Translations under genes and position numbers: made by a program
The notes under the pieces: model-generated
Seen by the model: the letters and a program-made list of their open reading frames with translations, nothing else
Told to the model about the DNA's origin: nothing
Database searches by the model: none
Shown here: positions 10,019 through 19,996 of the stretch, piece after piece
Layout of the letters: each line of letters begins with the position of its first letter
Numbering within the stretch: the stretch's first letter is position 1
Origin: Acidobacteriota bacterium
GTDB taxonomy: Bacteria; Acidobacteriota; UBA890; WLXD01
DNA: 64,000 nt
Assembly (NCBI GenBank): GCA_963666215.2
Contig: CAXWPL010000001.1
Location: 710,371-774,370 of the forward strand
Reading direction: 5' to 3'

Positions 10019-10783
10019 CTACAGGGGCGGGAAGGAGAACAAGGGATTCAGAAGGTCGGCAACAACAGAATCGAAGGGGTGCACGCCCGTCCGGTCGTGG
10101 ATCCAGCGCGCTGCCACCAATGCTCCCACACCGAAGGCTGCCCGCGAGTGTGCCTGGTGGGTGATCTCGATCTTTTCTTCAGTGCCGTCGACCCCCACAG
10201 TATGAAGGCCGAACTCCGAGCCGGCGCGCAGCGACGCCACGGCCAGTTGATCGGGTCTGACGTTGCCTTCGACGAGGTGCCACTCGCGCTTGCGTGGGCA
10301 TGCCGCGAGGACCGCCTCGGCGAGCTGGATGGCGGTTCCGGAGGGAGCATCGATCTTGGCGGCGTGGTGATGTTCGAAGACGTAGGGGTCGCGCGTCTCG
10401 TCGAGTGCCGCGAAGCCACCGAGCACGTGCGCGATCCGCCGCGTCAACGCCGCTCCGATCGAGAGATTCGGCGCCACTACTACGCCGATGCGATCGCCAA
10501 CACGCTGCTCCAGGTCGTCGAGGGTCCATCCGGTAACCCCGATCACCAGCGGCGTTCGGTCTTCGATCGCCCAGTCCACATGCGCGCCTACCCCGGCGGC
10601 CACCGATGCGTCGATGGCGACGTCCACGGCATTGGCATCGTCACCGGGCGCCTCTGGGTTTTCGTCGCGACCCATTTGCCAGACAACCGAGCCAACGCTG
10701 CGCTCGGCGATGCACGTCACGATCGCCGACGCCAAACGCCCGCGGCCGAAGAGGCCGATACGCAGCCCGGAATCGTCGGTCAC
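10019..10783 (-). CDS. dapB: 4-hydroxy-tetrahydrodipicolinate reductase
   Basis: Rossmann GRGRLA, IGVTGW, APNLSIG, EHHHAAKIDAPSGTA, HQAHSRAAFGVGA. Confidence 0.92.
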   Translation of the reverse strand: MTDDSGLRIGLFGRGRLASAIVTCIAERSVGSVVWQMGRDENPEAPGDDANAVDVAIDASVAAGVGAHVDWAIEDRTPLVIGVTGWTLDDLEQRVGDRIGVVVAPNLSIGAALTRRIAHVLGGFAALDETRDPYVFEHHHAAKIDAPSGTAIQLAEAVLAACPRKREWHLVEGNVRPDQLAVASLRAGSEFGLHTVGVDGTEEKIEITHQAHSRAAFGVGALVAARWIHDRTGVHPFDSVVADLLNPLFSFPPL

Positions 10784-11982
10784 GAGGCGTTCCGGAGGAA
10801 ATGGAGGGCGAGTCGGCGGTTGAGATCGATGCCGGCCCAGAGGTCGGCGAACGAGAGGTGTTCCTCCTCGGTATGGGCGACGTCGATGCTCCCCGGTCCC
10901 GCCAGCACTACGGTTCCTGAGCCAGCCGCGGCTGCAGACCCCGGCGTGGCCGCCCTCGCCAACGCTGCCAGCACGGGCGCGTCGGAGCCGAACGGCACGG
11001 TGCCACGAGCGAAGCCGTGGATCTCGGAAAATCGCACGGCCTCGCGTTGCAGCAGCACCTCAGTCTCGCCGCCAGGCGGTGCCAGCGCTCGAACCCTTGT
11101 TTCGATTGTCGAGCCCTGGAGCACGCGACAGAACAGCTCGGCCTCAGCCGCGTCGGGAACGACGTTCGGTGCGGTCCCACCCTCGATGCGTGAAAGATTG
11201 CAGGACTCCTCGCCAAGCTCCGCATCCGACGCCCATTCCAACGATTCGATCGCGGCCAGCCAGGCGACGAGATCCTCGATGGCGTTGTGTCCGTTTTCGG
11301 GAGTCGAGGAATGCGCTGCCCTGCCGCAGGTTCTGAGTCGGAGGTGGAGAATCCCACGCTGGCCGGTTGCCAGCAGGAGGTCGGTGGGTTCACCCACGAC
11401 GACGGCAGCGCACTCCGGCAGGCGCGATTTCAGAGTCAGCGCGGCGGCGGCCCCATCGCTGTGAGTTTCTTCGCCGACCACTCCGAGCCATCCCACGTCA
11501 GATTCGCCCGCGGCCAGCAGCGTCTCGATTGCACCGAGCTGCGCCACGATCTGACCCTTGGCATCGCACGCCCCGCGGCCGAAGACGGCGCCTGGCACCA
11601 GTTGAACGCCGCTCGCCTCGCTAGCGCTTCCCGGTATTCGGCATTCAAGCCATTCATCGTCAACGCGACACTCGAGCGCCGGCGGCACAGTGTCGAAATG
11701 CGTCGCGAACAGAACGCGCGGTGACCCCCAACAGGCGAGAACGTTGGTTCGATCGGGAGCCACTTCTTGAAGGTGCACGTCGGCGCCGAGCTCTTCGAGC
11801 CAGTCGATGAGCTTCGGGAGTCCTCGATCTTCGTGCCCGGTTACCGTGTCGTCCCTGCAGAAATCGGCAAGTCGACATCCGAGACGCCTCACGAACCGCG
11901 TGGCCGGGATCTCGTTCGAGCGAAGGTCGACGCCATCACGAATACTGTCTTGCAGGCGCGATTCCGGGCCGGACGAGAGCAT
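10780..11982 (-). CDS. M20 family metallopeptidase, probable succinyl-diaminopimelate desuccinylase (DapE/ArgE-like)
   Basis: HFDTVPP, GRGACDAKG, GEETHSDG, GEPT, GRAAHSS, AHTEEE; stop overlaps the dapB start. Confidence 0.8.
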   Translation of the reverse strand: MLSSGPESRLQDSIRDGVDLRSNEIPATRFVRRLGCRLADFCRDDTVTGHEDRGLPKLIDWLEELGADVHLQEVAPDRTNVLACWGSPRVLFATHFDTVPPALECRVDDEWLECRIPGSASEASGVQLVPGAVFGRGACDAKGQIVAQLGAIETLLAAGESDVGWLGVVGEETHSDGAAAALTLKSRLPECAAVVVGEPTDLLLATGQRGILHLRLRTCGRAAHSSTPENGHNAIEDLVAWLAAIESLEWASDAELGEESCNLSRIEGGTAPNVVPDAAEAELFCRVLQGSTIETRVRALAPPGGETEVLLQREAVRFSEIHGFARGTVPFGSDAPVLAALARAATPGSAAAAGSGTVVLAGPGSIDVAHTEEEHLSFADLWAGIDLNRRLALHFLRNAS

Positions 11983-12049
11983 GGGAGGAAGCTACCACGC
12001 ACCTGCGTTCCGGTCCTGGCACTATCCGCAGCCGATATGAGCCTGGAGC

Positions 12050-13226
12050 ACCACGGCACCAGGTTGGGCTCGAGGCGGTCGATCCGCGTGGGCGGGAGGC
12101 TGTAATCGGAGTACGCGTAGAAGCCGAGCAGCGAGCGCGGGCGTCGTCGCGCCACGCGGCGCGCAACGTCGTTGGCCAGGTCGACGAACCGATTCGAAAA
12201 GCTGACGCGGCCGCTCGAAGGCTCGATGGCGCTCGGGTCGTCCAGCCGAGTGCTTTCTGGACTGAAGTCAAACGCCAGCCCGTCGGGGGGTGACAACGAC
12301 GCCGGCTCTCCTGGCTCGAGGCGCGTGATCATTCGGCGGGCAAGCTCGGCGCGCATCTCGGGATTGGCGCTGTTGAGCCAGCGGCCACGCACCCGTTCGC
12401 CGCGGTCGTTCATGGCGAACCAGTCGGGGTGCTCGTCGAAGTCGTCCTCGGTGATTTCTCGCCACGAGTGGCTCGCAACCATCGGAACGCCGCCGGCGCC
12501 GTTCCAGCGTTTCCACGGCGTGGAATCGGCCCAGCCGCCGGATCCCCAGATCCTGCGGTGAGCGAACCCCGGACGGTCGGTGATTGTCATCGGCTCGATC
12601 GCCAGCGTTTCGAGGTCGGGGTGCACTCGGCCGAGGTCTCCCTCCATGAACCATCGACAGCCAAGCTCCTCCAGCAGTATGGCCACCGCTCTCGATAGCG
12701 CCTGTGGAGACTGAGCACCGATCAAGACGCGGTCGGGCTCGACAACCACCCTGACAGCGTCGTTCGACCTGCTGCTGACATCGCCGAGCTCGAGACCGGC
12801 ATCGGCGGCTCGACTGCCTATGTAAATCTGCATGCCCGCACCGGGAGCTTCGGCAATCGGCAGCTGTGCACCCGTCATCAGGCCGATCCACTGCTGCAGC
12901 AACTGAGCGGCGTGCTTCTCGTGGATACCGCTCTCAGAGCGACCGGCGTCGGGTCCGATGACGATGGTCGCGGTCGCCTTTCGGTTTCGAACCACAACGG
13001 CCGCATCGCCGTCGCCGGGTCGAACAGTGGGTCTCGCGAAGTGCAGCTGCGGATCGGGTCGATAGTCGGGCGCCGCCGCCGCGCCGACGAAGTCTGATTG
13101 GCGCGAGCCTAGGGTTGCGACGCACGCTGCTATCGTGCCAGCGACCACGAGCGTGGCGGTTGTGCCGAGAGCGCGGAGATCGCCACCACGAGCGGAGCGG
13201 ACTCGGGCCCACGCGTTGGTTGCCAC
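12050..13226 (-). pseudogene. DUF4838-like secreted protein, apparently 3'-truncated
   Basis: LLEELGCRWFMEGDLG, PGFAHRRIW, HPDWFAM, SLSPPDG, GFYAYSDYSLPP; after PNLVPW the frame becomes non-homologous-looking and runs 94 nt into dapE. Confidence 0.55.
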
Positions 13227-13227
13227 G

Positions 13228-14910
13228 CTAGCCGTTACGCTCGAGCCAGTCGGTCAGTTCGGTGACAACGCGCTCGATCTCGGCGGTGGCAACGCCAGGG
13301 TCGTTGCTCGAGAGCCGGATGCTCTCGTGTGCTCGTACTCGATCGCTGCCGGTTTCGTGCAGGTGCAGATCGATTCGGAGATCGACTTTCTCCGGCTCGA
13401 ACCTGTCGACCTCCAACGAAAGCCACCAATCGGCAAGGTCCAGGGTGGCGGCGCGCCCGAGGCCGGGGGCAGCGATGACGGCGCCACTGAAGCGACGCTC
13501 GATGGCCCGCAACCATGCCGCTGCCTCCGGGTCGTCGTTCCAAGCGCGCACTACGGCCATGGTCGGGGCGAGCAGACGTAGATCCAAGTCGGGCGGTGGC
13601 GTGGAGTCGCGGCGCAATCCATCGATTACGCTGCCGGAATCGAGCCCTGCCTGGTAAGCACGGATGGCGTACTCCCAGGCTGTGTTGATGTCGCCGAGAT
13701 CGCGCGAGACTCTGGCGATGTGGAGCTCGGAGGTCCCTGGGCGGATCTCAGCAGCGCGCAGGAACGACTCCCGCGCGGCCGTCAGCTTGCCGCCCCTCAT
13801 CAACGCAACGCCGCGCTGGAAGTTGGCGTCCCACGACTCGACGTCGCTGGCCACGGCGCTGTCGAACAGGCGCAGTCCCTCGGTCGGGTTCGAGAAGAGA
13901 AGCTCGCGCGCCGCCGCCGCCACGTCAGCGCGCGCCGCGCGACGACCCCCCGCCGACGTGTAGTAGCCTGGCCTCGCGAATACGGTGGCCGCACCGGGTA
14001 CTTTCACCTGGATCTGCCGCCAAAGCGGCAGCTCGGCGGCCGTTGCCGGCTCGGTCTCGAGTGACCCGGGAACGTAGCCGAGCAGGTACGACGAGCGCAG
14101 CAGCACCAGCACTTCACGGTAGCCGTCGACCAGCGACCCGCCCGCGTGCTTCATCCGTCGCCCGCCACTGAGCTCGGTCATGCGTTCAATCTCGTCGCCG
14201 CCGAACGCCGCCGTCTGCAGGACGAAGAGCGGAACCTCCACCTCGAGGAGTCGGTCGAGGGCCTGTGGGCCGGAGGACAAGCTGTGGCTGTCGGTGCCGT
14301 CGGTCACGATGACGATGGCGCCACGGCGACCGGAAGAAGTCTTGTCGTCGCTACCACACCCTGGCGCTACATGGCCGCCGCGGAGGGCCAGCAGGCGGTC
14401 GATTTGCAGCTCCTCTTGCGCGTCGACAGCACCGATGAGCGCATCCCACAGCGCAGTTCCGCCGTCGGCGCCGGCGCGCTCGATGCGATCGCGCGGTGCC
14501 TCGTCCTGTGGGGCGCCCCAGGCGCTGCCCGGAACCCGGTGGTCGAACGGCATGACGTAAACGCAGTCGCGCGACCCGAGCGCGTCGAGAAAGGCCAGTG
14601 CAGCTGCGCGCGCGTTGGCCATCCTCGGAGTCGTGCTGCGACTGACGTCGAGCGCCAGAACGAGGTCGAGGGGGGCGTCGTCGGGCCGCAGGAACACCTG
14701 GATCGGTCGAGAGTCGCCGTCTTGGCGAACCTCGAAGTCCTCCACCGTGAGATCAGGTAGAGCCTCGCCACGGTCGCCGAGCACGGTAACGGGAACGCGG
14801 ACGATCTCGACCTCGGTCCGGTAGGTGGGTACCTGACCGGCGGCGAAGATCGAGCTCGCGGCGAGTATCGCGAAAGCCGCGCCGGCTTCACGCATTTGTA
14901 ACGGACTCAT
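13228..14910 (-). CDS. VWA-domain protein (acidobacterial VWFA-related) fused to a TPR module
   Basis: Signal peptide, TYRTEVEIVRVPVTV, DFEVRQDG, MIDAS-like DVSRS, GGTALWDA, VTDGTD, ARPGYY, then TPR helices. Confidence 0.85.
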   Translation of the reverse strand: MSPLQMREAGAAFAILAASSIFAAGQVPTYRTEVEIVRVPVTVLGDRGEALPDLTVEDFEVRQDGDSRPIQVFLRPDDAPLDLVLALDVSRSTTPRMANARAAALAFLDALGSRDCVYVMPFDHRVPGSAWGAPQDEAPRDRIERAGADGGTALWDALIGAVDAQEELQIDRLLALRGGHVAPGCGSDDKTSSGRRGAIVIVTDGTDSHSLSSGPQALDRLLEVEVPLFVLQTAAFGGDEIERMTELSGGRRMKHAGGSLVDGYREVLVLLRSSYLLGYVPGSLETEPATAAELPLWRQIQVKVPGAATVFARPGYYTSAGGRRAARADVAAAARELLFSNPTEGLRLFDSAVASDVESWDANFQRGVALMRGGKLTAARESFLRAAEIRPGTSELHIARVSRDLGDINTAWEYAIRAYQAGLDSGSVIDGLRRDSTPPPDLDLRLLAPTMAVVRAWNDDPEAAAWLRAIERRFSGAVIAAPGLGRAATLDLADWWLSLEVDRFEPEKVDLRIDLHLHETGSDRVRAHESIRLSSNDPGVATAEIERVVTELTDWLERNG

Positions 14911-14946
14911 CGGCCCGCGCTCTTTGGAGGCGATGGTGTCGTCGAG

Positions 14947-16593
14947 CTACTCCTGTCCGCTGTCTGGCGTGATGCTGTCGATCGATCGTTCCATCTTTTG
15001 CTCACGCACCATCTCGCGCACGTCCTCACGCAGTTGCTCAGCGTCGTACACGATGCCGTCTTTGATCGTGTATTTGATCTTGCCCACGCGAGCCACGGTG
15101 CCGTCGTCCATGAGCTTCACGGCTCCGGTTCCGTAGAGCACCTTGAGGTTCTCGAGCGGATTCTCCGGTACCACGATGATGTCGGCGAGCATGCCTTCAG
15201 CGATCACGCCACGGTCGATGGGTTGATTCTTTCTCTTGAACAGCTCCATCGCCGAGTGCTTGGTCGCAGCGCGGATGACCTCGAGCGGATGGAAGCCGGC
15301 TTCCTGAAGAAGCTCGAGCTCCTGGATGTAGCTGAAGCCGTAGAGCTGGTAGATGAAGCCGGCGTCGGAGCCGGTCGTTACCTTGCCGCCGCGGTCCTTG
15401 TACTCGTCGAGGAACTGCATCCACACCTTGTAGAAGTTCTTCCAGGCGATCTCGTCCCACGACGTCCAGTAGAACCAGTACGACCCGTGCGCGCGTCGCG
15501 ACGGCTGGTAGAAGTCCCACTGCGAAGGCAGGGTGTATTCCTGATGCCAATCGGCGTTGCGCGACCGCATGACGTCGCGGCCGGCTGAATAGATCGTCAT
15601 GGTGGGGTTGAGGTAGAAGTCGAGCTCGAGCATCTCGTCCATGACGGCACGCCACTTTTCGCCGCCCGGCTTTACGAAATCGACCTGCCGGGCCACCTGG
15701 CCGAAGCGGTGCTGCTCGTTGGCGTAGTTGTGGTCAACCGGGTACGGCTGCACCGAGGTGCCCTCGTACATGGCCTCGAAAAGCCCGTAGTAGTGGGTCA
15801 TCGAGTCGAGACCGAGGCGTGCGGCGTCGAGCGCGTTCATGTCGGCCACGCCCGTCTGCGCCAGGTGGGCGGTAGTTCCCATCTCTTGCTTGTGGGCCTC
15901 GTCGATCAACGCCTCCATGATGTCGGGCCGATAGGAGCCGAGCTTGAGCCCGTCGACGCCCTTGGCCTTGGCGTAGCGCACCCACTCGCGCGCGGTCTCG
16001 GCGTTGTCTACGGAACCGCCCTCCCAGTCCTCACCCTGGCCGGGGCGCTGGTAGGCAACAAGACGCGGCGCGGCGATCTCGTTGCGGGCGCTTCGTTCCT
16101 TCTCGGCAAGCGAGAACTCCAGAGACCCGAAGCCGACGCCGCGAGCGGTCGTGATGCCGTTGGCCATCCACAGCTTGTAGGTGTACTCGGCCTCGGGCGC
16201 CTTGCCTGGACCTCCCGTGTGGGTGTGCAGATCGATGAGCCCGGGCAGCACATACATGCCGTGGGCATCGACCTCGTAGTCGGCGTCTTTTGGGCGGCGG
16301 TCCTCGTCGATGGGCAGGCCAGGGAAGCCGACGCCGGTCACCTGCGTAATGCGATTGCCCTCCACAACGATGTCGACCGGGCCCATCGGTGGGCCGCCTG
16401 TGCCGTCAATAACCGTGGCGCCGCGGATGATCAGCCGGTTGTACGGGCCCATGCCTTCCGAGCTGCCGCGATCGGGCGCCGGGATCATCTGCGGGTCGGC
16501 GCCCTGCTGGGCCAGCGCTCCGTCGGTGGCGACGGGTAGTGCGAGGGTAGCTACGAGGAGAGCGGCGAGCAGTACGAACGAGCGGCTACGCAT
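14947..16593 (-). CDS. secreted amidohydrolase family protein
   Basis: Signal peptide; IRGATVIDGTG, PGLIDLHTH, GSDAG, ELELLQEAG, GMLADII. Confidence 0.88.
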   Translation of the reverse strand: MRSRSFVLLAALLVATLALPVATDGALAQQGADPQMIPAPDRGSSEGMGPYNRLIIRGATVIDGTGGPPMGPVDIVVEGNRITQVTGVGFPGLPIDEDRRPKDADYEVDAHGMYVLPGLIDLHTHTGGPGKAPEAEYTYKLWMANGITTARGVGFGSLEFSLAEKERSARNEIAAPRLVAYQRPGQGEDWEGGSVDNAETAREWVRYAKAKGVDGLKLGSYRPDIMEALIDEAHKQEMGTTAHLAQTGVADMNALDAARLGLDSMTHYYGLFEAMYEGTSVQPYPVDHNYANEQHRFGQVARQVDFVKPGGEKWRAVMDEMLELDFYLNPTMTIYSAGRDVMRSRNADWHQEYTLPSQWDFYQPSRRAHGSYWFYWTSWDEIAWKNFYKVWMQFLDEYKDRGGKVTTGSDAGFIYQLYGFSYIQELELLQEAGFHPLEVIRAATKHSAMELFKRKNQPIDRGVIAEGMLADIIVVPENPLENLKVLYGTGAVKLMDDGTVARVGKIKYTIKDGIVYDAEQLREDVREMVREQKMERSIDSITPDSGQE

Positions 16594-17040
16594 GGAGCCT
16601 CCGGCGGAGAGAAGAGCTTGTTGAGGCTGGACCCGGCGACTCTACCTGCGGATCGCCTCGCCGACAACGGGCGCTGGCGGCAGCGCTGTTGTTGTGTCCA
16701 CCACGGAAGTCTGTTCTGGACGTGGTGACGTTGGACCAGGATGATCCTCGGTCAGGCGAGACGCGCCTGGCGATGATCGGATATGAGGTCTTTGCAGCGA
16801 CGAACCAGCGGGCGCACTACCTGTTCCTTAGACATAGATCCTCCAATTGGGGGCGCTCGCGGGAGCGCGGGGAGTATCCGTGCTTACGGCTCTCGACGGC
16901 GATCAGAGCGTGACGAACGCGCTGCTGAGCGTGGCGAACGGCCGCCGCGCGCCGTCGATGGCCGGTGTCCGGCAGCGGATCCGATGAGGAGGGCGGCGTT
17001 GAGACGCCGCCCTCCCGTCGGATGCGCGATATGAGGGGCG

Positions 17041-17537
17041 CTACTGCAGGAAGACGCAGTCTTCCTTGGAAGGCGACACGCCGGCGTCATTGAACGCGCT
17101 GACGCGGAAGCAGTGCTCCGTTTTCAGGGCCAGCTTGCCGAACCTTTGCCTGCGGGTATTGGCTGGCACGATTGTTACTCTCGTCAGCGACGGGCTGGCA
17201 ATCCGGAACCCGGTTTCCCCGTCCACGTTCGACCAGCTCACGCGCACGGTTCTGCGGTTCTTGGTCCGCCGCACGGTCACGCGTCGCGGCGTTTCCGGAG
17301 CCCCGACGATGTCTTTGCCGAGCTGACGTATTTTCAGGTCTCCACCGCTGGCCACCTTGATCCTCCCCACTCGCGGTGACCCTGTTGCGTTCTCTTCGAG
17401 GACGAAATCGAAGTCACCGTCGCCCGACTGCTTGCCACCCTGTGGCTTGATCCAGTCGGCCTTCGACGTGGGTTTCCATCCACAGGCGGGGGCATTCACA
17501 TCCACCGCCGCATTGAAGGTCCCCCCTGTGCTCCCAG
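17041..17537 (-). pseudogene. BACON + fibronectin type III C-terminal fragment of a surface protein
   Basis: CGWKPTSKADWIK...NATGSPRVGRIKV...IRQ (BACON-like), then APETP...VSWS...ETGFRI...FRVSAFNDAG (FN3); no signal peptide or N-terminus. Confidence 0.55.
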
Positions 17538-17673
17538 CACAAGGTTCGAGTTCATGTTCACGTCATAGAAACACGGAGCGGTAATCAGGATCGCCCCCGG
17601 TGCTCGATGCTGCGTGTCCGTTAGGTAGCCTATCGACGGTAGAGCGACGACGGCCAGGGTAGCCGCCACCCTC

Positions 17674-17704
17674 TTGACCGATCTGACTGCTAGCGTGCTA
17701 CGAT
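17674..17704 (+). promoter_or_regulatory. possible sigma70 promoter
   Basis: TTGACC (17674-17679) and extended -10 TGcTACGAT (17696-17704); the 19-nt spacer is long. Confidence 0.35.
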
Positions 17705-17868
17705 CGCCAGCGTCGGTCGCAGCGCGCTCCGAGTGTTCCGCGGCCTACAGCTACCTTCGTGTACCGGCGATGCCGGGGCACGACGGCTACCGGCCGGCGG
17801 GCGGCGTCGGAAGCCGGGCGAGGTTGGGTCCTCGCTGACCTGAATTGGCCCGGAAAGGAGGTGGTCTA

Positions 17869-17913
17869 GTGATATCGAATTTATGTGGCTTAGCGGAGGT
17901 GGCGGCCCTGTAG
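17869..17913 (+). CDS. candidate 14-aa small ORF MISNLCGLAEVAAL
   Basis: AAAGGAGGTG Shine-Dalgarno (17854-17863) 5 nt before GTG; TAG at 17911-17913. Confidence 0.5.
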   Translation: MISNLCGLAEVAAL

Positions 17914-18050
17914 GGGACTCTCCGCGCTCCGTGCGGGCGCTCGCGCGCCTGACACGGTGAGAGCGTCAGTGACGCTTGGTTCTAAGGTGCCCCGTAGTAC
18001 TCAGTGAGTGCTCGATGATCGGGGAACCCACCGCCACCGAAGCAAGTTCG

Positions 18051-18098
18051 GGCCCCGGCGCGCGACTGTTAGATGTCGCCGCCGGGGCCTTATCTGTT
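18051..18098 (+). terminator. intrinsic terminator-like hairpin
   Basis: GGCCCCGGCG-C-GCGAC / loop TGTTAGAT / GTCGC-CGCCGGGGCC followed by TTATCTGTT. Confidence 0.6.
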
Positions 18099-18199
18099 CA
18101 GGGCCGCGGCTAGTGGGCTGCGCCTCCTTCCGCTGGGCGACGCTCTGAAGGTCGCGGCCAGCAACGCGAGAGCGGCAACGTAGAGTCACGGGCAACGAG

Positions 18200-19267
18200 A
18201 TGCGTGAGTCCCCAGACTTGATAGCCCCGATCACCCCGATCAACCGGATCGCCATTGGCGAGATCCGGGCAGCCGCTCAGCGGTTGGACGGGCGCGTACT
18301 GCGCACGCCCCTGCTGCGGTTGCCGGCAGATACCGACGAGAGCGGAGCCGAGATCTGGCTCAAGCTCGAGAACCTACAGCCAATCGGCTCGTTCAAGCTC
18401 CGCGGTGCCGGCAACGCCATGCTGCTCGCCGGCAGCGACCGGCTCGCGGCTGGAGTGTGGACCGCGAGCGCCGGCAACATGGCACAAGGCGTGGCGTGGA
18501 ATGCGCGCGAGATGGGGATCGCGTGCACGGTCGTCGTGCCGGACTACGCGCCGCGGAACAAGCTCGACGCCATCGAGCGGCTCGGAGGGGTGATTCGAAA
18601 GGCTCCATTCGATGATTGGTGGCGGATCTTGGTCGAGCATCGAGCGCCTCCCGAGTGGGGGCTCGAGGGATTGTTTGTCCACCCAGTCTCGGACCGGGCG
18701 GTGATCGCCGGCAACGGGACGATTGGCCTCGAGATTCTCGAGGATCTGCAGGATGTCGACGCCGTAGTCGTGCCCTACGGCGGCGGTGGTCTGAGCTGCG
18801 GCATTGCGTCGGCGATCAGGGGCTCAGGATCCGCGGCCCGGATCTTCGCGGCCGAGGTCGACACCGCCGCTCCACTGGCGGCGTCGCTGGCCGCTGGGGA
18901 GCCGCGCCAGATCGACCACAAGGGCAGCTTCGTCGATGGCATCGGTGGCAAGAGCGTACTGCCGGAGATGTGGCCGCTCGCCAGCACGCTCTTGAGTGGC
19001 TCGATTGTCTGCGGCCTGGACGAGGTGCGCGGCGCGGTGAGGCGGCTTGTTGAACGCTGCCGGGTCGTCGCGGAGGGCGCCGGGGCAACGTCGGTGGCCG
19101 CTGCTCATCGACTCGCGTCGGCGTGCCGGCCGACGGGTTTGGTCGAGCTCGGCCACGAGAGCCGTTCCGCAGAGGGATGGGTCGCTCCCCAACGTCTTGT
19201 CTGCGTTGTTTCGGGAGGCAACATCGATACGGCGCGACTGGCCGAGATCCTCGGCGAATCGCGGTGA
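18200..19267 (+). CDS. threonine/serine dehydratase family PLP enzyme
   Basis: LKLENLQPIGSFKLRGA, SAGNMAQG, PYGGGGL, EGAGA, SGGN. Confidence 0.9.
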   Translation: MRESPDLIAPITPINRIAIGEIRAAAQRLDGRVLRTPLLRLPADTDESGAEIWLKLENLQPIGSFKLRGAGNAMLLAGSDRLAAGVWTASAGNMAQGVAWNAREMGIACTVVVPDYAPRNKLDAIERLGGVIRKAPFDDWWRILVEHRAPPEWGLEGLFVHPVSDRAVIAGNGTIGLEILEDLQDVDAVVVPYGGGGLSCGIASAIRGSGSAARIFAAEVDTAAPLAASLAAGEPRQIDHKGSFVDGIGGKSVLPEMWPLASTLLSGSIVCGLDEVRGAVRRLVERCRVVAEGAGATSVAAAHRLASACRPTGLVELGHESRSAEGWVAPQRLVCVVSGGNIDTARLAEILGESR

Positions 19268-19345
19268 CCGCATGGTCCGGCGGGGCCACGCTTCGACGAT
19301 CGGAAGCCGGCCGTTGCCACGTCGCGAGTCGCGCGACGGGCAGGT

Positions 19346-19978
19346 TCATGGTCGCGGCTCGCTGACGTACCGACACCCGGCCACAGCGAATCGCAACGGT
19401 CGCGCCGCCCACTCCTGGGCGTAGTCGACGCCGACGCGTGGTCCGCAGGCGATACGGGCCAGCGGCAATGCGCGCCCACGCCTCTGCTCCAGGAATAGAG
19501 TCTTGCCACTCACGAGGTCCTCGGCGTCGTGCTGCCGCGTGATCGCCAGCGCCTGGCAGAGCTTCGCCGGTCCGGAGCAGAGGTCGATCTCGCGGTGAGC
19601 CTTGGCGCGTCGCGCGAACATGGTCTCGATGCCGATCTCGGGCTGCAGCGCGCGGATCAACGCCGCTACGGGTTGCCCGGGCGTCCCGGCGACGACATTC
19701 ATGCAGTGATGCATACCGTAGGTGAAGTAGACGTACGCGTGTCCTCCGTCGCCCCACATGCTGCGGACGCGCTCGGTGCGGTGACCCCCGAAGGTGTGCG
19801 CGGCCTTGTCGGGAATGCCCAGGTAGGCTTCGGTCTCGACGATGACGCCCGCGGTGCGGAGGCCGCCGATTCTCGACACGAGGCGTTGGCCCAGCAATGC
19901 CCGCGCCACGCGTACGGGATCGCGGCGAAAGAAGGCCCTGGGAAGGCGCACGGGGATATCGGCGTCGGCGCTGATCAT
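19346..19978 (-). CDS. DNA-3-methyladenine glycosylase (MPG/AAG family)
   Basis: VARALLGQRL, IVETEAYLG, AYVYFTYGMHHCMNVV, LIRALQP, GPAKLCQAL, PRVGV. Confidence 0.93.
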   Translation of the reverse strand: MISADADIPVRLPRAFFRRDPVRVARALLGQRLVSRIGGLRTAGVIVETEAYLGIPDKAAHTFGGHRTERVRSMWGDGGHAYVYFTYGMHHCMNVVAGTPGQPVAALIRALQPEIGIETMFARRAKAHREIDLCSGPAKLCQALAITRQHDAEDLVSGKTLFLEQRRGRALPLARIACGPRVGVDYAQEWAARPLRFAVAGCRYVSEPRP

Positions 19979-19996
19979 TGGAGTACGCTACACGCG

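Noticed and set aside
9956-11464. Long antisense or alternate-frame ORFs (also 27352..28806, 57182..58897, 59391..61637 and many others)
   Set aside because: Shadow ORFs opposite well-supported genes, expected at high GC, with no motifs.
16620-17040. Short ORFs or RNA in this intergenic gap
   Set aside because: No motif, RBS or convincing structure; possibly decayed coding DNA.
17854-17866. AAAGGAGGTGGTC as the 3' end of a minus-strand 16S rRNA
   Set aside because: The flanking sequence does not resemble 16S rRNA; it is better read as a Shine-Dalgarno.
17700-18098. tmRNA, suggested by the tag-like peptide ending AAL
   Set aside because: No tRNA-like acceptor or T-arm ends were recognisable, and the ORF has its own SD and start codon.
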